From Amoebidium appalachense (lineage: Eukaryota > Protista > Ichthyosporea), in the NCBI GenBank assembly GCA_963693365.1, contig CAVNZM010000001.1:3054907-3118906 (forward strand): DNA of 64,000 nucleotides, given 5' to 3'. A program made the position numbers and the translations under genes. Below are positions 37,659-64,000 of the stretch, one piece after another. A model generated the notes under the pieces. That model had not been told where the DNA came from. It made no database searches and saw only the letters and a list, made by a program, of their open reading frames with translations. Within the stretch, counting starts at the first letter, position 1, and the number at the start of each line of letters is the position of its first letter.

Positions 37659-38649
37659 ACCCGTTGCACAAAAACACACCCACCCACCCACCCGCCCACC
37701 TGGACCAGCACCGTCACCACCACACAGGCTTTAAGAATGACAATGTGTTGGAAGGCACCGACATAGGAGCTTTCCCCATGCCTTTACTGACATATCTTCA
37801 GGCCAACTGAAAAAAGGCTGCATGCCCCCGCCTCCCCCTCCCCCTCCCCTCTCTCTTTCCCTCTATGCCTCTTTTTCTTATGTCCGGAATTGGATGGGGG
37901 GAGAAGGGGGAGGTAAAAAGGGGTGGGCGGGGGGCATGCCACACAGGCACACTTGGATAACACGTACTATGTAGTAGCTGTACTGCACATATTTATATAT
38001 CACATGCACAAGGGTCTCCCCGGGCTCATAAGCACACTGCCATTTATCACGCATGATACATCATATGTAACCGGTACATGTACAGCCCATCAATAACTCT
38101 CTAGGTGATAACTTCAAAGCGACATGCAGCAGTAATTATCATGTATTCGATACATCGATACCAGAAAGCTCACACAGCTCAAGAGTATCTGCTCTAATAA
38201 CGCAATCAAGTCGGCCAGAAGCCCACCCAAACTTTGATTTAAAACAAAGGCACCTGTCGCATTTTATCCAAGACACAAGTAAACCCGAGGAAATAGCAGT
38301 ACTGTCTGTTATATTTAGGACCAAAAAAATTCGTCTCCGCATAAACATCATAATCATTCGTTTTTGAAAGGCAAGGATATTGGGGGTACAGTTCTGTGTA
38401 CGTGGAGACACCGAAGTGTGTGTGTGTGTCTGTGTGTCTGTGCGTGTTTGTGTCCACATGTGCGTGTGTGTGTGTGTGCGTGTGTGCGCGCGAGTATTGT
38501 AACCAATGGATGTGGCTCTACCCAGTATGAGTATTGCCTGTTCACTAACATTACCTACATATTCAACAAGCACATGCCATTTAGCAAATCCTTCCACATT
38601 GAACTACACCACAAACTTTTACCACCAGCACATACAGGGTACCTAAGTA

Positions 38650-50007
<11,358 letters not shown>

Positions 50008-50539
50008 TTTCTTGGTTTGGTTTCGCTGCAACGCCCTGGTTGCCAACAGGATAGAACGCCTAGGCAGAGAGTACTCTTGTACTGCTATAGAAAAACCAAG
50101 CCTCTAGAGCAAATATATCCTAGGGTGATAAATTTACCTATGCCGCCTGTCTTTCTGGCTGTTGAATGACTAACGTTCCAAAAAACGAGCTCGAGCCTTC
50201 GACTGACCTTACCAAGTCGACTGTTGCGGTCGATCGCGACGAGCTGTTACGTAACTGCTAATTCATTGGATTACTTGGCATCACGTGAGAAGAATAATTG
50301 GTTGACAGAGCACTACTTACGTAAGTCAGTTTTCTGCACGCACCGCTCTGGACTCCACCGGGGCCAGTTGACCGGAGTCCTGGCCATGGCGAGGTGTGAG
50401 TTGTACCATGGCGTAGACCTAAAAACCAATAACGTCTTTGCCCAACTCGTAGCTCTGACGTGACAACATGACCAACAACATATAGGTGGCGCCGTAAGAG
50501 CCACCATACTGCACACTTACAGTTATATTGGTCTTAGAG
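50008..50539. promoter_or_regulatory. Probable bidirectional promoter shared by INO80B and TRMT13
   Basis: 532-bp microsatellite-free interval between divergent ATGs, with CCAAT/ATTGG elements near 50297, 50426 and 50527. Confidence 0.65.
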
Positions 50540-59771
<9,232 letters not shown>

Positions 59772-60430
59772 CCAAAATAATTAATGGAGTATACAGGCCC
59801 AAGACTTGTGGCCATACATGTCACCTTGGCGGCAACCTCGTCACTACGCCAGTAGCATGATCCGTGCGGCGTAAATCGGCATGTGCCAACATGTTTAAAC
59901 CACTTAATCAAGAAGAAAAACTACGTCGGTTTTGTTTGCCTTTTCTGTGAGGATCAACTTGCTGCAAAGCTGAAAGCTTTTGACCCCCCTCCCCGCCCCC
60001 CTCCCCCCCCGGTACGGCCTAGGCTTCTGCTTACTAAAAAGAAGTCACGGCGATGTGTGCCCTTCACGTGCTGCGGCCGGCTGCCCCCTAATGGTGCACT
60101 CTCTTACACCCACAAACACGTGCACACTGGATATCCGATAATAATCCATGTGCATACAGGAACGAACACACCTTCGGGCCGACAGGACTAATGAAGGGAC
60201 GATAAACAGGGAAAAAACGGGCTGCCGACTTGCGCAAGAGACTTTCAATATATCTATTCTTGCCTGGCTGTACGGCTACTAGGCTACTGTACGAGGCAGG
60301 CTGCCTGGTGACTAATAACATTTCTAGTTACACTGAAGCCTTCATTGTGTCACAGTGGTTGAGTTTACTGCCTCCGTGTCCTCAATACGTGTTTTTAAGA
60401 AACTTAAAATATAACATGCTACTAATCAAG

Positions 60431-60478
<48 letters not shown>

Positions 60479-60861
60479 CCAGCTCAACGGATACTATGAT
60501 CATGTACAAAAAGGTACGAGGCATTTAGACTAGACTATCTACATAGTAAACCTTCATAATGTTTTTTAAAAAAATATTAAAAAACAAAAAAAATTAATAC
60601 AACACCGGTCGGTAGCGTCGCCGCTAATGGAAAACAAAAAGAGAGAATTCGAACTAATTTTGCGTACATTTGTGTGTTCGGACGATTCAACTTGAAAAAA
60701 AAATCCTGGTCGGAAAGCCGCAATATAGACATTGCGATCCAAAAGAACACAAGTTGTGCCCTTGGGCCGGCCCCACATCACTTTCTCGCCATCAATGCCG
60801 TATTTACAAAAAGAGACTCTGCATTTTGCAGTTTATGTTGCGTTACTTCTATACTATTCAC

Positions 60862-61977
60862 TCACAGTGCACACCCGAACAACTGCTGTTGGAACTGGTC
60901 AAACGCATTCTTAACCTGGGGCACATCGTGGTGGTCAGCCTCTGCAATAACATCGAGAAGCATGTCCGATGATGGTGCCATGCTTTGCCTCCTGTACGCC
61001 TGCCAGGTTGAAGCACTCGCGCTGTGTCTTCTTAGGGGCTTATTTCCGTGTGCTAACGTCCCCACTTTTTGCCCATCGGTAAATTGCTTGTTCGAATTGC
61101 TGTTTAGTAAAACCCCCGTGGGGCCATATAGCTCTTGAAGCAGGATCGCGTCAGGTGAGTCGATGCTGTGAAAAGAGATCTTCGTAGTGTTTGTGTTGGT
61201 AGATGGGCTACAACCGTGCCAGCTAAGCGGTTGGAAAGCAATATTCGTGGGTGAGGGTTGTTTTTCGTTCCAATCACCTTCGCTAGCGCTACTTGTATCC
61301 GACAACCTGCGGGTAGATGTAGTGGAAGAAGTAGCAGTAGACAAGGGGCTCAAAAGCTCTTGTACGGCGGAGGGCGAGGGATCCGAAATGCCTAGGAGAA
61401 TGGCAATGTCATCTAGTGTTGGTTGCGGTGTTGAGAGCTGCCGTGGGCCGCTGGTCGGAAAATTCTCCTGGATGATGTGAGACATAAGATCAGCTTCGAC
61501 ATCTAGCAGGCTCTCTGAAACGAGAAGATTGGCTAAATCATCGGGGATGACCCCACGGTTGAACGAAGGATTCTGCGGAGCTGGCTGATTCGGAAGCATA
61601 TTTGTTTTACTATTTGCACCAGGGTTGTTGTTTGCAAGGGGAAGCAAAGGAAAAGCACCCTGTGTAGTGTCGTTCAATCGTAGGGGGCCTCCCATTTCAC
61701 GGATCATCTCTTGGGAGATGGAACTTATGTTGCGCCTGGTCGCCTGTTGGTGTGTCTGTAAAACAAGGGGTGATGATACCCGCCGACGCAAAAGGTTACC
61801 GTGTGCAACGGGTCCTCCCACTGCTTGTGCTGTGAAACTCTGACGCCGCACGGCCATGGGGAACCGATTGCACCTTCCCTCCGCCTGTTGCTCGTTCTGC
61901 AAATCAGGGAGAATATGACTCGAAAAGTCAGTGTTGCTGGTCGGCCACGCCGACTGTTCAAACTCACCAACAGCCAT
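60862..61977 (-). CDS. Hypothetical Ser/Gln/Pro-rich protein (371 aa from ATG 61977; may be the last exon of a longer gene)
   Basis: 1.1-kb non-repetitive open frame preceded by a strong T-rich acceptor (TTTTTTGTTTAG near 61988-62000). Contains several RRxS motifs and no recognisable domain. Confidence 0.7.
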   Translation of the reverse strand: MAVGEFEQSAWPTSNTDFSSHILPDLQNEQQAEGRCNRFPMAVRRQSFTAQAVGGPVAHGNLLRRRVSSPLVLQTHQQATRRNISSISQEMIREMGGPLRLNDTTQGAFPLLPLANNNPGANSKTNMLPNQPAPQNPSFNRGVIPDDLANLLVSESLLDVEADLMSHIIQENFPTSGPRQLSTPQPTLDDIAILLGISDPSPSAVQELLSPLSTATSSTTSTRRLSDTSSASEGDWNEKQPSPTNIAFQPLSWHGCSPSTNTNTTKISFHSIDSPDAILLQELYGPTGVLLNSNSNKQFTDGQKVGTLAHGNKPLRRHSASASTWQAYRRQSMAPSSDMLLDVIAEADHHDVPQVKNAFDQFQQQLFGCAL

Positions 61978-63099
61978 TTCTGGTTCTCTAAACAAAAAAA
62001 AAAAAATAAACTATATACAAGTGTTCCCACTAGTAATGCTGCGCTCCCAAGCTACTCCTCAACTTATCAGACCTGTTGTTCAAAAAGAATTGCGCAGGGT
62101 GCTGTTCGCGATCGCCGTCTGTGTACACATGTGGCCGCGGGAGGTTCGTCACAGGGTGGCCATTAGCTCAGTGAAGATGGCAGTATCGCCAAGAAGTTGT
62201 TTGTAGACTCAAGGCGCAGACACAGAACAAACAAACAAAGAAGGCAAGTGAGGATGTCTACAAGAACAAGGGACTTGACAAGTGACAATCCGTGTGAACC
62301 ACACACACAGAAAACCGGGAGTAAAAAGCCAACGTGGCTCGTCTTCTTTCAAGGGCAAGGTATTATTTAGATCAAGTTGACCAATCAATATACAGTTTTG
62401 GTAGATCTGCCCCACATCTTACATTCCAGATCTGGCGTGCTTAGCAAGCTGGTGAATAAATTGCATGACATTAGGGAACTGTGCAAAATTCAGCCAGGAT
62501 AAAAATCTAGTATACCCCGTGTGAAACGTTTGACATGTGTTCTTTAGATATTTTGAATGCTTGCATAACCTTCTATTCGCCTATAAATGAAACATAAAAA
62601 TGCACGCTAATATAAGGAGTACGCTAAAGTATATCGTGTCAGTTCTGTCATTGAAGCCAACTGTAATGATCCACAACAATTGAGCCAACCCAATAACAAA
62701 AATAAAATAATAGCATTTAACCCTATCAAAAGATTAAAGTTTAAAATTTGTCAAGGTTGCCCGCACTTTTCATTGGCTGGTGACGTACAGCCAATAGTTT
62801 GCAAGATGATCAAAGAAGGCTTTGGAACAATAGGTTTCAAACACTTACCTAGACATAAGTAATATTTTTACTTACTACCTGCATACAAATTGACCAGCAG
62901 GGCTTTATATTGATGTAGTTAGCAACAAGAACCATGACCCTAAGCTATTATTTTATTAGAAGTTGCCAAAGTTCAAAGTGTCAAGTGAAGCACGCGGCAG
63001 CTGAGCCAGTGGGCCGCCCGCGGTGGCTCAGCGGCCAGCCGGGATCGAAGCCCTACTGCGAGGCACAAGCCTCAGCCAGTGTCGAGAGATCTAGAGCTC

Positions 63100-63903
<804 letters not shown>

Positions 63904-64000
63904 GGCACACTGCGAACCATTGGCGGTGACTCTCTCGGTCAATAGCTATAGGTCGGCATTGTTTGTGCCACATAAATCATAATAAGCTGTTTTCAAAGCC

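Overview
This is eukaryotic nuclear DNA with many introns. Almost every intron is filled with (CA)n/(TG)n, (GA)n/(CT)n and G/C homopolymer tracts, so most entries in the ORF track are repeat artefacts. The gene content is compatible with a holozoan or opisthokont, but the taxon cannot be fixed from this window. Manual splicing recovers three complete housekeeping genes: Sds22/PPP1R7 (11 exons, minus), INO80B/Ies2 (17 exons, minus) and TRMT13 (about 12 exons, plus, head-to-head with INO80B). It also shows a partly decayed array of calcium-binding EGF exons, an intronless secreted Cys-rich/Pro-Ala protein with one frameshift, and a low-complexity ORF rich in RRxS motifs. A 5.86-kb TTAA-flanked piggyBac-superfamily element carries an intact transposase with an extra Tudor-like N-terminal domain, plus divergently oriented passenger ORFs (one THAP-like, one spliced). 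The two strongest leads are this multi-gene piggyBac and an apparent repeat-based splicing grammar: (CA)n or poly-C directly abutting acceptors versus CTAAC branch sites in G-rich intron ends, complementary repeats at the two ends of long introns, and frequent GC-AG introns. All gene models are hand-derived and have no transcript support.
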